In this document: positions 22,734-36,106 of the stretch, one piece after another
How the letters are laid out: the number at the start of each line of letters is the position of its first letter
Numbering within the stretch: position 1 is the stretch's first letter
Source of the DNA: Selaginella moellendorffii
Taxonomy: Eukaryota; Plantae; Lycopodiophyta
Reading direction: 5' to 3'
DNA: 64,000 nucleotides
Assembly: GCF_000143415.4 (NCBI RefSeq)
Contig: NW_003314347.1
Location: 333,438 to 397,437 of the forward strand
Program-made: the position numbers and the translations under genes
The notes under the pieces: model-generated
What the model saw: the letters and a program-made list of their open reading frames with translations, nothing else
Told to the model about the DNA's origin: nothing
The model's database searches: none

Positions 22734-23379
22734 TTCTGCCTGACGATCGATGAGAGAAGGCTATCCTGGCTTGAATAGTTTCTGCGCAGTTTGCAGAACC
22801 TACTTGGATGCCTTGGGGCTTGCACTTGTTGCCAACCCAAAGATGACCAAAGAAAACCTCTCTGTACCTTAAGCAACTAAGGAATCGGGCAAGGAGCAAG
22901 ATCAAGAAACCGAGATCGACTAGAATCCAAGAGGGAAATCGACGGTGCTGTGTTGAACCCTAAGCTATCAGGTTTAGAGATTTTATCGTTGCCCTAAAAC
23001 AGGCCCTTTTTATAGGAAACGCGCTGCTAACGTTTAATTTATAGAGCTGCCTGATGGTTGATTCGCCTTATTTTAATCAACTATATAAATTTATTTTGCT
23101 ATTGTTTTAAGCAGCAGTTTATTTCAAATGAATGTCTTCATTTGGAATTTACATAACTATGCTTCAGTTCTTCGAGATGGCAGTTGCTTGAATTGCATAT
23201 GCCCATGAGTGGCAACTGCTCAAATCGATTATAAGACATTATATTTGAAATGCTCAAATTTAACGGTTGAGCTCAGCACGCTCAACCGGTCTGATGAAAT
23301 GGAATTGTTTGATCGGAGGTTTTAGGAATGGATTGCAGAGAATACTTGGAGCTCATGAGATCATGCAGGACCGCAACGA

Positions 23380-24240
23380 TGGCGAGCGAGATTTTCATGG
23401 CATGGAAACACGTCTTCGCACTTTCGACCAGCCCGGCACCGCTGCAAGCCGCGAGAATTCCCACAAACGTCGCAGCATCGGGCTTGTGGCCCTCGTCTTG
23501 CAATCGGTGAAAAGTTCTAGAAACCATTTCCATGGCGACTGTATCCAGCCATGAGAGAGTTCTACACGGCGATGTCTCTACTGGCGATGGAGTCTTGCAA
23601 GAGTACGAGCTCGGCATCGCCCATGCTCCCGCATCGACCGTAGAAATCCACAAGAGCTACGAGCAGAGCCAAGGATGATTGGATTCCACCTCTCCGGCAA
23701 ATCTCGCCATGGAGTTTCTTCCCGGCCTTGAGCAAGGCCAAGCTGCCGCAAGCTTTCAGGGAGATTGCGAGAGCTGGAGCGTCTGGAGCAAAGCCTCTAT
23801 GTTTCATGTCCTCGAAGAGAGCTATGGCGAGCTCGGGCTCACCGTTGTGGACGTATCCAGACATGAGAGACGTCCACGAGATTAGATCGCGTCGCGGCAA
23901 GGCATCCACGAGCATCGTCCATGCTTCCACACTTGGAGTAGCCCAAGGCACAGCACGCCTTCAATGCCGCGAGGAAGTGAAGCGATCTGGAAGAAAGCCA
24001 GACGCACCGCTGGAAGAGATCCAACGCGAGAGACGATTGCCCATTCTCGGCAATCCCGCGATGAGAGAATTCCACGACACCAGATCGCGCCGGCGCACCT
24101 GGATGCCTCGCCCATGCTCCCGCACTTGGCGTACATCCCCAGCACCGCATTCGCGATATAGCTGTCCGATTCCACTGCGCCGCAGTGGATCGTATCCTCT
24201 CGGACGCTCCTGCCCATTTCTAGATCGCGATTTCTGGAGC
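23380..24240 (-). pseudogene. Degenerate PLS-class PPR gene
   Basis: YIANAVLGMYAKCGSM, RRDLISWTSLMSGY, ALVDFYGRCGSM and KPDAATFVGILAACS are scattered over three frames with frameshifts. Confidence 0.85.
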
Positions 24241-24519
24241 ATCAAAGCCCTAGTCGAATCTAGCGAATATTTTATTGTGACCGTTGACCAAATTCCATTC
24301 TAGAGAATATTCTATTGTGACCGCTGACCATATTCGAATCGGGTATATAGGGTTTGTGGCTTCCATTAGTGCCACGTATGCGTATCCACATTGCGCTATG
24401 GCGTCGTCGCGACAGACATCCTCTCTCCGGGTTTTAGGGTTCTTCCGGATGCTCCGGGGCGACCCCTACGCGGCAAAGGTGCGAGGCTCTCCTCCAGCTG
24501 TGATGAATTTGCGGGAAGA

Positions 24520-27500
24520 ATGAGCGCCGCATTGGGTGCCCTGGGAGGGCAGCTCGTCGTCTGCCCTCACAATTCTTGCTGGAGATGGCCCAGGGGCGAT
24601 GCCGACTGCGCGGCTGCATCCACCTCGGCGATTTTCGGGCTCTCCAGCCCCGGTGCGCAGCTCAGATCGCGGCTCCGGCAAGGCGGCGGCTCCAGGAGGC
24701 ATTCCAAATGCATGGCATTTGCCGAGGAGCGCGTCCGGGTGTTGGATGCCGATGGCGCTAGTGCCGCCGACGACGATGGCGGTGGCAAATCGGCCAAGCC
24801 CAGCGCGGGAGCTGCGAGCGATGGTGAGAGTATGCCGCTGCTCAAGCCATCGCCAAAGCCGATGATCCCACTCTCGCGGCCCAAGCCAGTGATGATGCCT
24901 CCTCCACCTCCTCCTCCTGCGAATGGAGGCGCTGCGAGCAACCAGATGAGAAGGCCAGGAAGTGGAAGTAGTGGTAGCTTTGCGCAAGTTTATCGGCCCA
25001 GGGAGAATGCTCCTTCTGCCGCGCCATCGCAGCAGGGCCATGGCGGTGGAGCTATGCAAAACTTGGACAAAGTGTTACAGAGCGCGGAGAGGCTGGCGAA
25101 TTCTCCTCCCACGAATTCGCCAAGTTCTAGGCCGGTGATGGGAAGGCAGCAATCCTTCCAGCAGCCAGGAACGATGGGTGCTTCTTCGTCGTTCCAACAA
25201 CAAGGTGGATTCCAGACGAGGTGGAAGAAAGGAGATCCCGTGACGCCGGTAAATGGTGCTAACAGCAGCGCTGTGAAGAGCAAGCCCGTTGCTCCAAAGA
25301 CTCCCCCACAAACGAATTTTCCAAAGCCCCCAGAGAGCTCGACCGCTGTGAAGGTAAGCCAAGACTTACCAAAGGCTCCTTCACAGACAGATGTATCAGC
25401 GTCGAAGCAAGCTCCTCCTGCGGCTCCATTTCCAAGAGTTTCTTCGTCGTCCCAAACTCCAGCTCCTGCTCCATCTCCAGGAGTTTCTTCGTCGCCACAA
25501 ACTCCAACTCCGGCTCCATCTCCAGGAGTTTCTCCGTCGTCACAAGCTCCGGCTCCGGCTCCGGCTCCGACTCCGGTTCCATCTCCAGGAGTTTCTCCGT
25601 CATCACAAACTCCAGCTCCGGCTAGAGCTCCTGGACTTTCAGCACCACCAAGAACTCCGATTCTCAGCTCGCCACCTTTGATGCGACCTCCGCCCGTTTT
25701 GAGAAAAGAGCCTCTCATGTCAACGAAGCCGATGATTGCTCCAAAGCCAGCGGCACCGCCGGTGGCGCCCAAGGGACCGAGATTAGTGGATACTTTCAGG
25801 AAGGTGGTGGAACCGAGCGCTACACCTCCCCCTCCTTCGGGTCGCTCTTCTTCGACAAAGAGTGACGAGGCAACGAAGAAGCAGACAGGTCTCAAAGACA
25901 AAGACACTGGAGCTGGAGGTCCGCCATCATCGAAGCCGGGTTTAGCGAACAAGGCCAGGGATGACAAGCGGAAAAGATCGGAAGTGATGGATGGAGCTAA
26001 GCGCAGAACCGTTGCTCGTGACGAGAATGCCATGGACGACGCGGAAGAGATTGGTATCAGCATTTCAGGTGTGAGTCCGGCACGTAAAGGCAGGAAATAC
26101 TCGAAAGCTAGAAGGAAAGCCGAGCGAGCAGAGGCTGCAAAGGCCTCGGCTCCGGTGAAAGTGGAGATTTTGGAGGTGGGGAAGCAGGGAATGACCGTGG
26201 GAGACTTGGCGAGTAAGCTGGCTATCAACGAAGCGGCCGTTGTCAAGGTCTTGTTCATGAAGGGAATAGCAGTGACGATCAACCAGATGCTGGATGAAGA
26301 ATCTGTGAAAATTGTGTGCAATGAATACGAAGTGGAAGTTATCGAAGCTGGCTTTGTCAAAGTCGAGGACATGGCCAAGAAGCAGAAAGAGTTCCTGGAC
26401 GAAGAAGACTTGGAGTCACTGGAGAGACGTCCACCAGTGGTAACAGTCATGGGACATGTTGATCATGGAAAGGTAATTACGAGAACTTTGGTTTCGATCT
26501 TTCTTTTTTGTTTTTGACACTCTGATTTTATTTTGTGCTACAGACTTCGTTGCTGGATTACATCAGGAAGACAAAGGTATTTCTTTTTCTTTCTTTTCGT
26601 TTCTTTTTTGTTTCTCATGTAGGAAGTTCTCTGCATTCATGATTCAGGTGGCTGCCGGAGAAGCTGGAGGAATCACACAAGCAATTGGTGCATATCAAGT
26701 GCCTGTGACAGTCGATGGGGAGGAGCAAACGTGTGTTTTCCTTGACACACCGGGGCATCAGGTACATATTGTGTTTTATGTCTTCTTTGGAAATGCTAAA
26801 GGCTTTCTTGTTCTCGTCAACAGGCTTTCAGTGCTATGCGAGCTCGTGGTGCACGAATCACAGACATTGCAATTATCGTGGTAGCAGCAGATGATGGAAC
26901 CCGTCCACAGACTTTGGAAGCAATCGCTCACGCCAAAGCTGCCAGGGTTCCAATTGTCGTAGCTATCAACAAGGTATTCTTTGTATATGAGATCATCCGT
27001 TGTGACTCTTACTTTCGTTGTAGATTGACAAGCCGGGAGCAAACGTTGATCGTGTCAAGGAAGAGCTTGCAAAAGCGGGTGTAGTTCCACCAGAGTGGGG
27101 TGGAGAAGAGCAGATGGTTTCGGTTAGTGCTCTTACAGGAGAGAACATTGATTCGTTACTGGAGACGGTCATGCTTGTTGCCGAGGTACTGTACAGTAAA
27201 ACTTGTAGCTTGGAGCTCATGTTTTCTTGCTTTCCCGCTAGTTGCAAGACTTAAGATCCAATCCTCACCGTGAGGCCAGTGGCACAATCATTGAAGCAAG
27301 CTTAGACAAGGCAAGGGGACCAGTTGCTACGTTACTCGTGCAAAATGGTACACTAAGCAAAGGAGACGTGGTTCTGTGTGGTGAAAGCTATGGAAAGGTA
27401 AGCTTCAAATCAAGCATAGCTACCGAAGCAACGTTATTGTTTTCAGGTGCGAGCATTGTTTGACGAAAAAGGGAAGTCGGTCAATGAGGCTGGTCCATCA

Positions 27501-28618
27501 ACCGCAGTGCAGGTTTTCTTCGATTCTTGCTTAAGTTCTTTTAGCATCGACATCTGACTGCGATTATCTCAGGTGATTGGACTGAGCAGTGTACCAGTTG
27601 CTGGATACGAATTTGAAATCCGCGACACGATTGATGATGCTAGAGACGCTGCTGCCGAGTACGCAGAACGCATGCGTGATTCTCGTCTAGCCTCTCAAGC
27701 TAGCGAAGGAAAGGTGACGCTTGCGAACCTTGCGAGTGCTGTAGCGTCTGGAAAGGACTCCGGTGTTGAGTCACACCAGCTAAACATTGTTCTCAAAGTT
27801 GACGTTCAGGTACCGGCATTGTTTTCCTTGCTCGTTCACTCGTTTCATACGCTTGTGTTGTTTGATCTCAGGGAACTGTGGAGGCCATCAGGGAGGCGCT
27901 CCAAGTTTTGCCGCAGGACACTGTCCAGCTTCGGTTTTTGATGCAAGGCACAGGCGATATAACAGCCAGTGACATAGATTTGGCGATTGCGAGCGGAGCA
28001 ATCGTGATTGGTTTCAACGTACGCACGCAGCCGACGGTGAGGGACAAGGCTGACAGCGAAGGCGTTGAGATTCGTTTGTACAAAGTCATATACGAAATGG
28101 TAGATGACATGAGGCAAGCAATGGAGGGTCTCTTGAAGCCCATCCAGGTACATGGTTCTTTCCATTTCCTCTCTCGTGGATTTTCCCATCACTCGCACTT
28201 GTATATCGCAGGAGGAAGTTCCGATTGGAAAAGCGGAGGTTCGAGCGGTTTTCACGAGTGGAAGTGGACGAGTGGCGGGATGCATGGTGACGGAAGGAAA
28301 GCTGACCAAAGGCTGCGGTGTTCACGTCAAGCGAGGGAAGAAAACCGTGCACACTGGGAGTCTGAGCTCGCTTCGACGAGTAAAAGACGTCGCCAAAGAG
28401 GTATCGAAGTTTCTCTTTGCTCGCTACTTCCAATTCGATCATGGTTCTTCTTCGATTTCCAGGTTGATGCTGGTTTGGAATGTGGTGTTGGTGTGGATGG
28501 CTTCAACGAGTGGCAAGATGGCGACAGCATACAGGCATTCGACAAAGTGGAGAAGAAGCGAACTCTCGAGGACGCGTCCGCGACTGTGGCGGCTGCTCTA
28601 GCCAGCGAGAAGAAATGA
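24520..28618 (+). CDS. infB: Chloroplast translation initiation factor IF-2
   Basis: Transit-peptide-like start and a long Pro/Ser-rich extension. IF2 motifs: [16 protein letters not shown]|[55 protein letters not shown]. Confidence 0.95.
25420..25640 (+). repeat. Coding tandem repeat ([12 protein letters not shown])n in the IF2 N-terminus
   Basis: About five imperfect copies of gctccatctccaggagtttct..gtcgtc.caa.ctcc. Confidence 0.85.
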
Positions 28619-29139
28619 TTGAATCGAGTGGCAGAGAAAGGGAAGAATCGGATCCGAAGAGATCGAATCGCAGTGGAATCGATTTAATGCTGCCGCCATT
28701 TCCAATAGATCGATGATATCGCTTCGCGCGATTTCTTGTAACTTTTCAAACATTTAAATGCGAGGGCTGCGATGAGCACGCCAATGGACGTTCCAGATCT
28801 TCTGTCTTAAGAATCAAGCTTCCTTAGTTAGTGCTAGTCCGGAGCCACTTTATTCGATCTCGCGCTTTCCGACCAAAGCGCGAGCTTTATCACGATTCGT
28901 ATTTAAATCTGGCGGGCCACGGCGGACGCTTCTGATTTCGCCACATCAGCAAGGAACCGACGTTTGGGATTTTGACACCTTGGAATTCGAAATGTACCAT
29001 CTTTTTTCTACCTTAAAAGAGGTTTGGGTTCTTGCGGGTTTGATCGAGGCGATCGATTCTTTGGCGGCGGTGGGAGAATCGTGGCGATGCCGCTGGAGCT
29101 GTAGGGTCTAACGGGGGTTTTGCTGTGACAGGAGGAGCA

Positions 29140-32100
29140 ATGCCACCGCGGCGGGAAGGCGGGCGAGGCGGCGGACGAGGAGGAGGCGATGGACGGGCGC
29201 CATCGCAGGAATGGCGTGGTCAAGAAGAGGAATTTCGGCAGGGAAGAGGTAGAGGTAGAGGCGGGAGAAATCCCGACGGTCGCGGGCAAGGAGGAAGAGA
29301 GGGCGGCGGCGGGCGTGGAGCTGGAGCTGGAGGAGGTGGTCCTTCTCGAGCTCCGCTTGAGGCCTTCCCTCCACTAGGCGACCGTCGGCAGCAACAAATT
29401 CCTCCAGAGACCTCGCAGCGGCCGCGTACCATCGTAAGCGCTGCTGGATCCCAACGAGGATATGGTACGCTCTTTTTCTTTGTTCTTCTGGAGCTTTACT
29501 ACTTGAGTTTCTTGCTGTGTAGGAGGAGGATCTTCCGGGGCTGCTCAGTACGTTCCTAGGCCTCAAACCATCGATAGTTCTGGGTCTCAGCGTGTCCCTG
29601 GAGAATCTGGTATGGTTTTTGTACCTCGGGCATACCAAAGTTGTGATCTTTTGTTTGCTTTTGTTGTAGGAGTGGCTTACAACCAGAGCGCTGCTGGATC
29701 GCAGGGAGGACATGGTACGCATCTCTTTCTTTGTTCTTCTGGAGCTTTACTCCTTGAATTTCTTGCTGTAGGAGGAGCATCTTCTTCGACTGCTCCTAGG
29801 CCTCAAACCATCGAGAGCTCTGTCCCTGGAGGATCTGGTACGTAAATTTTCGTCCCTCGGGCATGCCAAAGTTGTGATCTTTTGTTTGCTTTTGTTGTAG
29901 GCCAGAGCGCTAGTGCCGACTCGCTGGTTCCTCGAGTAAAAGATTTGGACGTGAAGGGAACTCCTGCTGGCCCGAGTGCTCCCGTTTCTAGCAGCAGCAC
30001 TGGTGATGTTCCTACCTCCTCGAAAGCACTTGTACCTCCTAAAAGGCCTGATCGAGGAACTGTTGGTCAGAAGGTTACCATCAGAGTGAACCACTTCAAG
30101 ATGAAGGTGAAAGATGCACCCATCTTTCACTACGACGTATCCATTCATCCGGCTGTTGGCTCGAAAGGGATTGCTCGTGCTCTGGAGCGGCAGCTCGTGT
30201 CACAGTATCGGGCTTCAGAGCTAAACAACCTTCTTCCCGTCTACGATGGAAGCAAGAGCTTGTACACGGCGAGGCGACTTCCGTTTGAGCAGAAGGACTT
30301 CAAAGTTACGCTGCCGGAGGAAGAAGGGCGCAGGGCCCGCGAGTTCAAAGTCACGATCAAGTTTGCCGCGGAGCTGGACCCGTATCAAATGGACCTCTTC
30401 CTCGAAGGCAGAGGTGCGGTCCTACAAGCCCCGTATGAGTTCTTGCAAGCTTTGGACGTGGCTTTGAGAGAGTGGCCCATGAAGTCGTACGTTCCCAGTG
30501 GACGTAACTTCTTCGATCCGTCATTCGGGAGGCTGGCACTAGAAGGTGGTTTTGAGGCCTGGAAAGGATTCTACCAGAGTGTTCGTCCAACCATGCAAGG
30601 CCTCGTGCTGAACGTCGATTTGTCTGCAGCAGCATTTTACGAGGCATTGCCAGTTCTCGAGTTCCTCAAGAAGTCACTCCCGTACTTCGACCCAAGCCGA
30701 GGCTTGTCGGACGGTGATCGAGCCAAGGCCAAAAATCTCTTGAACCGGCTCAAGGTCGAAGTCACGCACAGGAACATCCCTCGGAGATACAGGATTTCGG
30801 GACTGTCTTTGCGGCCAACAAAGGCGTTGACGTTCACAACTGATTCTGGACAGGAGGTGAAGGTTGTGGACTACTTTTGGACGACGTACAAGCATAAGAT
30901 CCAGTATCCCGAGTTGCCTTGCCTCGAGTTGCAAGGAAGGAAAACTACTTATCTGCCTATGGAAGTGTGCAAGCTGGCTGCCGGTCAGAAATATCAGGGA
31001 AAGCTCAACGAGAGGCAGACAACAAACATGCTGAGGTTCACGTGTCAGATTCCTGCTGTTCGAGAGCAGAACATAAAGACTCTTATGAGCAACGTTCACG
31101 ACTTTCAGCAGTAAGTTTTCTTTCATATGAAGTTCTGCGCTCTTGTTCTTGACACGCTTGTCTTTTTTGCTTCCAGGAATGATTATGCTGCCGAGTTTGG
31201 AATTCAGGTGGCTAAGTCGATGACGTCTTTGCACGCAAGGGTTCTTCCAACTCCGAGTCTGAGGTATAGCAGCAACCAGATCACGCCATCTGATGGCGGC
31301 TGGAACATGATGCGGTCTAGGTTTCTTCGAGGGGGAGTAATCCGCCGCTGGACTCTCGTCAACTTCACGAGATTAGCAAGAGAGGACGTGGACGCTTTCA
31401 TCAGTGAGTTGATCCAACGGTGCGTGGCGGTTGGAGTTCAGATGGATCCTCCCGTGATCCCTCCTTCCAGCGGTCGGCTGGAACAGTATGATACGCTACT
31501 CCGGAATGCCGTCAGGAATCACGCTAGCAAAAGCAAGCCCGGGGAAGGTCTTCAGCTGGTAGTTTGTCTCATGGACGCCAAGCACCAGATTTACGGGGAC
31601 CTGAAGAAGCTGTGCGAGACGGAGCTCGGGCTAGTGACGCAGGTGTGCCTTAAGAAAAATGTGATGAAGGAGTACAACAGTTTGTCACAGTACCTGGCCA
31701 ACCTCGCGATGAAGATCAACGTCAAAGTTGGAGGCCAGAACATGGATCTGGCGCAGGATCTGCGACTCATGGTTCCATCGATTCTCGGCAAGCCAACAAT
31801 CATCTTTGGAGCTGATGTCTCTCATCCCATGGCTCGCGACGACACGAGTCCCTCCATCTCCGCGGTGGTGGCGAGCATGGACTGGCCATCGGCGGTCAAG
31901 TATCTCGCTCGGGCAAGATCTCAGAGGGGCAGGGTGGAGATGATCGAGCACCTGCATGACATGGTGGTCGACCTCATGAGGGCGTTTTTCACTCACACCA
32001 GACTCAAACCGGAGAGGCTCCTCTTCTTCCGGGATGGTGTGAGCGAGGGCCAGTTCTCCGACGTCCTGAACAACGAAGTGCAGGCAATCCAGAGGGCGTT

Positions 32101-32584
32101 CCTTACCCTCCAGCCGAATGGCGACTACTGTCCCCAGATAACTTTCGTGGTCGTCCAGAAGCGTCACCACACGAGGTTCTTCCCGGCGGACAATAACGTG
32201 GTGAGCAACAACGTGAGACCGGGGACCGTTGTGGACACAGAGATCACCCATCCTCGAGAGTTCGACTTTTACCTTTGCAGCCACAGGGGTCTCCAGGGAA
32301 CCAGCCGGCCGACGCACTACCACGTCCTGCTCGACCAGAATGGCTTCAGGGCCGACCAGCTCCAGACGCTCGTCAACAGCTTATGCTACACTTATGCCCG
32401 GTGTACCAAGGCGGTCTCGGTGATACCTCCGGCGTACTACGCTCACCTGGTGGCCTACCGGTCTCGGCTCCACGTCGACAGTGTTGCCGCTGGAGCTGGA
32501 TCTTCTTCTGCTCGCGCTGCGGCCGCGGAGTGTAGGCTGCCTGAGGTACTTCCTGAAGTCCGGAACTACATGTACTACTGCTGA
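29140..32584 (+). CDS. AGO: Argonaute, probably AGO2/3/7 clade, with intact slicer tetrad
   Basis: Exons 29140-29464, 29523-29609, 29670-29714, 29772-29837, 29901-31110 and 31177-32584. RGG-rich N-terminus and PAZ motif (YLPMEVC). PIWI motifs GADVSH (D), VEMI (E), RDGVSEGQF (D) and YYAHL (H). WPSAVKY.AR.RSQ and an intron-poor core point to the AGO2/3/7 clade. Confidence 0.95.
29437..29912 (+). repeat. Tandem duplication of an exon-intron-exon-intron unit (~250 bp) in the AGO N-terminal extension
   Basis: Intron 1 resembles intron 3 (gtacgc..tttcttgttcttctggagctttact..) and intron 2 resembles intron 4 (..ccaaagttgtgatcttttgtttgcttttgttgtag). The exons repeat PRPQTI..S.VPG and QSAAGSQ. Confidence 0.92.
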
Positions 32585-33619
32585 GAGAGCTTCTTCCGGG
32601 TTTGCAGTTTCTCTCTTTCTTCCTTTACTTCCGAGATTTCTCATTTTGCGAGTTTTAGCTGGCTTCTAACGAAACACGAGTTTGGCTTTTCTTGTTTTTC
32701 AATACAACGTTAGAGCTTGGGTTGGAATGTGAAAACTGGGCATGACTGTATATATCTCTCCGGTTTTCACTTGATTCTAAGAGGATTTCGTTTCTTGCAA
32801 TGCAATGATTCCACAGTCTTTGAGCATCTCCACTGTTGGCTCGGCTAACAGAAGAGATAATGGGGAAGGCATGAACTATATTAATTTCATGTCAACACAT
32901 AAGATAAACTCCAAGGTGACTTCTCAAGTTTGCGAAATGGCCCGTGCTTGGTGCCGACTGAAGTGTACTCAAGAAGCCGAAGTTCTCTACACAAACAAGG
33001 CCTCCAAGTTTTTCTATAGTAACTGGTAAGAGCCCAACAAGGTGGCGATGCATGGAATTCTCCTCCAAGTCTTGTGGCTACAAAGCCAAGACTTTCAACT
33101 TCCTGTTTTCAAGAGAACATACTTGCTGAATGTAAGACCGCAGTCCCCAGACTTCCAACAAAGTGGAACCATGCTAAGATAAATTCAGTCTAGAGTGAAA
33201 CCCTTGTGTGTGACGAGAAACTCAAGAGCGTCCCCTTTCTTGCACTGAGCACCGTCACCAAATACTTTGCAAAACTTGATAACCCAATCTGCCCAGTTCT
33301 GGTTGTGAGATCATAGCTATAGATCGAGAATGATCGCTTGGTCGAGGAATTCGCGAAGGCTTAAGGGTCAGAATTGGCCACCATAGCTTTGGAGAGCTTG
33401 TGCGACCCCATTTCAGAGGGCTCTTGAAAGTCATGGCATAGCATTTTAGAACAAAGCTAGCATTGAATTTTTCCATGCATGGCCATAAAAGTAAACTTTC
33501 AGTTTGACCACTTTGCCCTAATCTAATGAGAGGGAAAGGAATGGCGTGGCAATGGCGTGTCAAGAGGCTCTTGCCACAAATCAGTGCAGCCACTCCTTCC
33601 TCGCAGGCGCTAGATCATC

Positions 33620-35137
33620 ATGTGGATCGTCGAGGTAAGCTAGCTCCACCGGCGCTGCGCAATCGATTTTTCTGATCTGTGATTCCAGGCCTACAGAACG
33701 ACCGCATTCTCGCTCTATGGGACGCTCTACTTCACTCGGTCGGCCTTCCTGTGAGTTCCTTGTGTGATACTTCGGTGTCTTCCATCGTGATTGATCGTGA
33801 TTTCTTGCAGGAAGCATGCTGCCGGCTTTAAGAAAGAGGACTTGGATGTGGATATGGCTGGGAAGAACTGTGTGGTCACCGGGGCCAATACAGGAATTGG
33901 ATTTGCATCGGCGGAAGCTCTGGCTGCCAGGTTTGAAGCATTCGTTGGATCTCTTACTAGCAAGGAAACGAGGAACTCTTTCTCTTCTGTGTTTCAGGGG
34001 TGCGAACGTCTTTCTAGTGTGTCGCAACAAAGAGAAAGGCGAGAAAGCTGTCTCGGAGATCAAGTCAAAGACTGGGAATGACAAAGTTGAGCTGGAGGTG
34101 AGTTGTTTCTTTCTTTGTTTTACGATGAAGGAGAACAATTTCCTGGTCTCTCCAGCTTTGTGATTTATCTTCACTGAAAGAAGTCAAGGAGCTGGCCACG
34201 AGATTTCTCAGCATGGACAAGGCGCTCTATGTTTTGGTACACGCGATTTTTTGTGTGAGAAACAATGTTGTGACTTTGGCTTTACAGGTGAACAATGCGG
34301 GGCTGATGGAACACGAACGCAAGACTACAGCAGACGGGTGAGTGATTCTTCTTTGGTCTTTTATTTGCATTTGCTGGATTAGATGACGATTCTTGCTACT
34401 GGTGTTACAGGTTGGAGTTGAACTTCGCAGTGAATATAGCTGCTTCGTATACTCTCACGGAACTTCTCATGCCTGCGCTTGAGAAAGCAGCTCCAGAGTC
34501 GCGAGTGGTCACTGTATCGTCTGGAGGCATGTATGGAAGTTCACTCACCGAAGATTTACAGGTATTCAGCTCAGCCTATCTCTTTTTTATAAGCCTTGAT
34601 CGTCTTTGTGTGTTGTTCTTCCCCAGTATTCAGATGACAAGTTCAATGGTCTTGTCCAGTATTCGCGTAACAAGAGACTCCAGGTAGTCATGAGTTTTTC
34701 TGGGAAGCCTAAACTACTTTCGTGATTTTCAGATTGCCATGACCGAAAACTGGGCAAAGTTGTATGGATCCAAAGGTGTCGGCTTTTATACGATGCATCC
34801 TGGCTGGGTCGACACAGAAGGGGTTGCAAAGAGCCTCTCGTCATTTAGAGAGAAGTAAGCTCCTCGATCAAAAGACGAACTTTAGCTGACTCCATCCCGC
34901 AGATTCCAAGGCAAGCTCAGAACTATCGACCAAGGCGCTGACACAATAGTGTGGCTGTCGCTCCAGCCAAACAGCAAACTAAAGTCGGGCGAATTCTACT
35001 TCGATCGTGCACTAGCTCCCAAGCACCTGGCTGCGTGTGGAACTGGCTACAAACCCCAGCTGGCCGCCAAAATCATCTCCAAAGTCCGTCAGATCTGTGG
35101 CGTCGACGCTCCAGTCAGAGAAGTGAACGTCGCTTGA
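33620..35137 (+). CDS. Short-chain dehydrogenase/reductase, DHRS12-like
   Basis: VVTGANTGIG, NNAG, LELNFAVN, VVTVSSGGMY, catalytic YSRNK, MHPGWVDT, SGEFYFDR. Multi-exon. Confidence 0.92.
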
Positions 35138-35267
35138 GGAACGAAGAAGATCCCCGAAAAATAAGACCTTTGCAATGGTCAGGTATTGACGAGCTTTTCT
35201 TTATTTCACACAATCATATCACACAGTATTTACAAATCAATTTACAGGAATGTGTCATGCGCTCCCT

Positions 35268-36106
35268 TTAGGAGATACTCCGGAAGGATTTTGGTACCAT
35301 CTTATCGACGAAGAGAATGCCTTCCAAGTGATCGCTTTCGTGCTGAAGTGCCCGAGCCAGCCAGCCTTTGGCGTCAATCTGGATCTTCTCGCCCCTCCTG
35401 TTCAATCCGGTAGCTTTCACTCTCGAGAATCTTTCGACGAGAGCACAGTAGCCACAGACGCTGCAAAGAGGACAAGAAAAATTGGTTTTTTTTCTTCTCT
35501 GAGTTTGTTGTTTCACTCACCTTGGACACTCTTCCAGCGACGTCTCGGTTTCCTCCGGATGGATCACTACGAGCTTTGGATTTATAATCACCTGCGAGGA
35601 ATCAAGAAGATGGGATTTTAATGCGAGCGAGAGAAGGAGAGAGGAGTTTTTCACGAACCATGAGCTTGGAAGGCTGTTGGATGGTTGGATCCTCAAGAAC
35701 AATGATCTAGACGAACACGATAGTAGTGATCCCAATTTGCCCCAAAACGCGGATTTTTCGTTACCTGGAGCGCGTGACCGATTTGAGGAGCTGACAGGGC
35801 CGACGCTCCCAAATTCCTCATCGCCGCGACCAAATCATTGATCACTTTCTCGATCGCGCAGCTCCCAATGGCATCCAGGGCGACCTCCACGGCGCGCTTG
35901 CTCAGCAGTGGATCTCCAGCCTGGAGCACCTGTGGGGCGAAGCAATTGGGCCCTGGATTGTGGCCCAGCGATCGCGAATTTCCCCCGGAGATGGAGGGAA
36001 TGGATTGCTGCGCCGCCGAGTGGAAGCTCCGGAAGGGCGAGATGTCCACCACATTGGGCATTGCCAATTGGACGGCGCCATGGGAGGAAGATCGTGCAGT
36101 GGGCAT
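35268..36106 (-). CDS. PDF: Peptide deformylase (PDF1A-like), divergent active-site motifs
   Basis: QAGDPLL..A, GASALSAPQIG (motif 1), IIVLED, VIINPKL, EECPSV (motif 2), ARALQHESDHLEGILFVDKM (motif 3). Three short introns. Confidence 0.88.

Noticed and set aside
24990-26450. 486-aa minus-strand ORF
   Set aside because: Antisense shadow of the low-complexity IF2 exon 1, with no motifs of its own.
29140-32584. Prokaryotic Argonaute defence system
   Set aside because: Spliceosomal introns and typical plant AGO motifs show it is a eukaryotic AGO.
32700-33560. Short ORFs between AGO and the SDR gene
   Set aside because: No recognisable motifs or consistent exon chain. Possibly decayed gene fragments, but unsupported.
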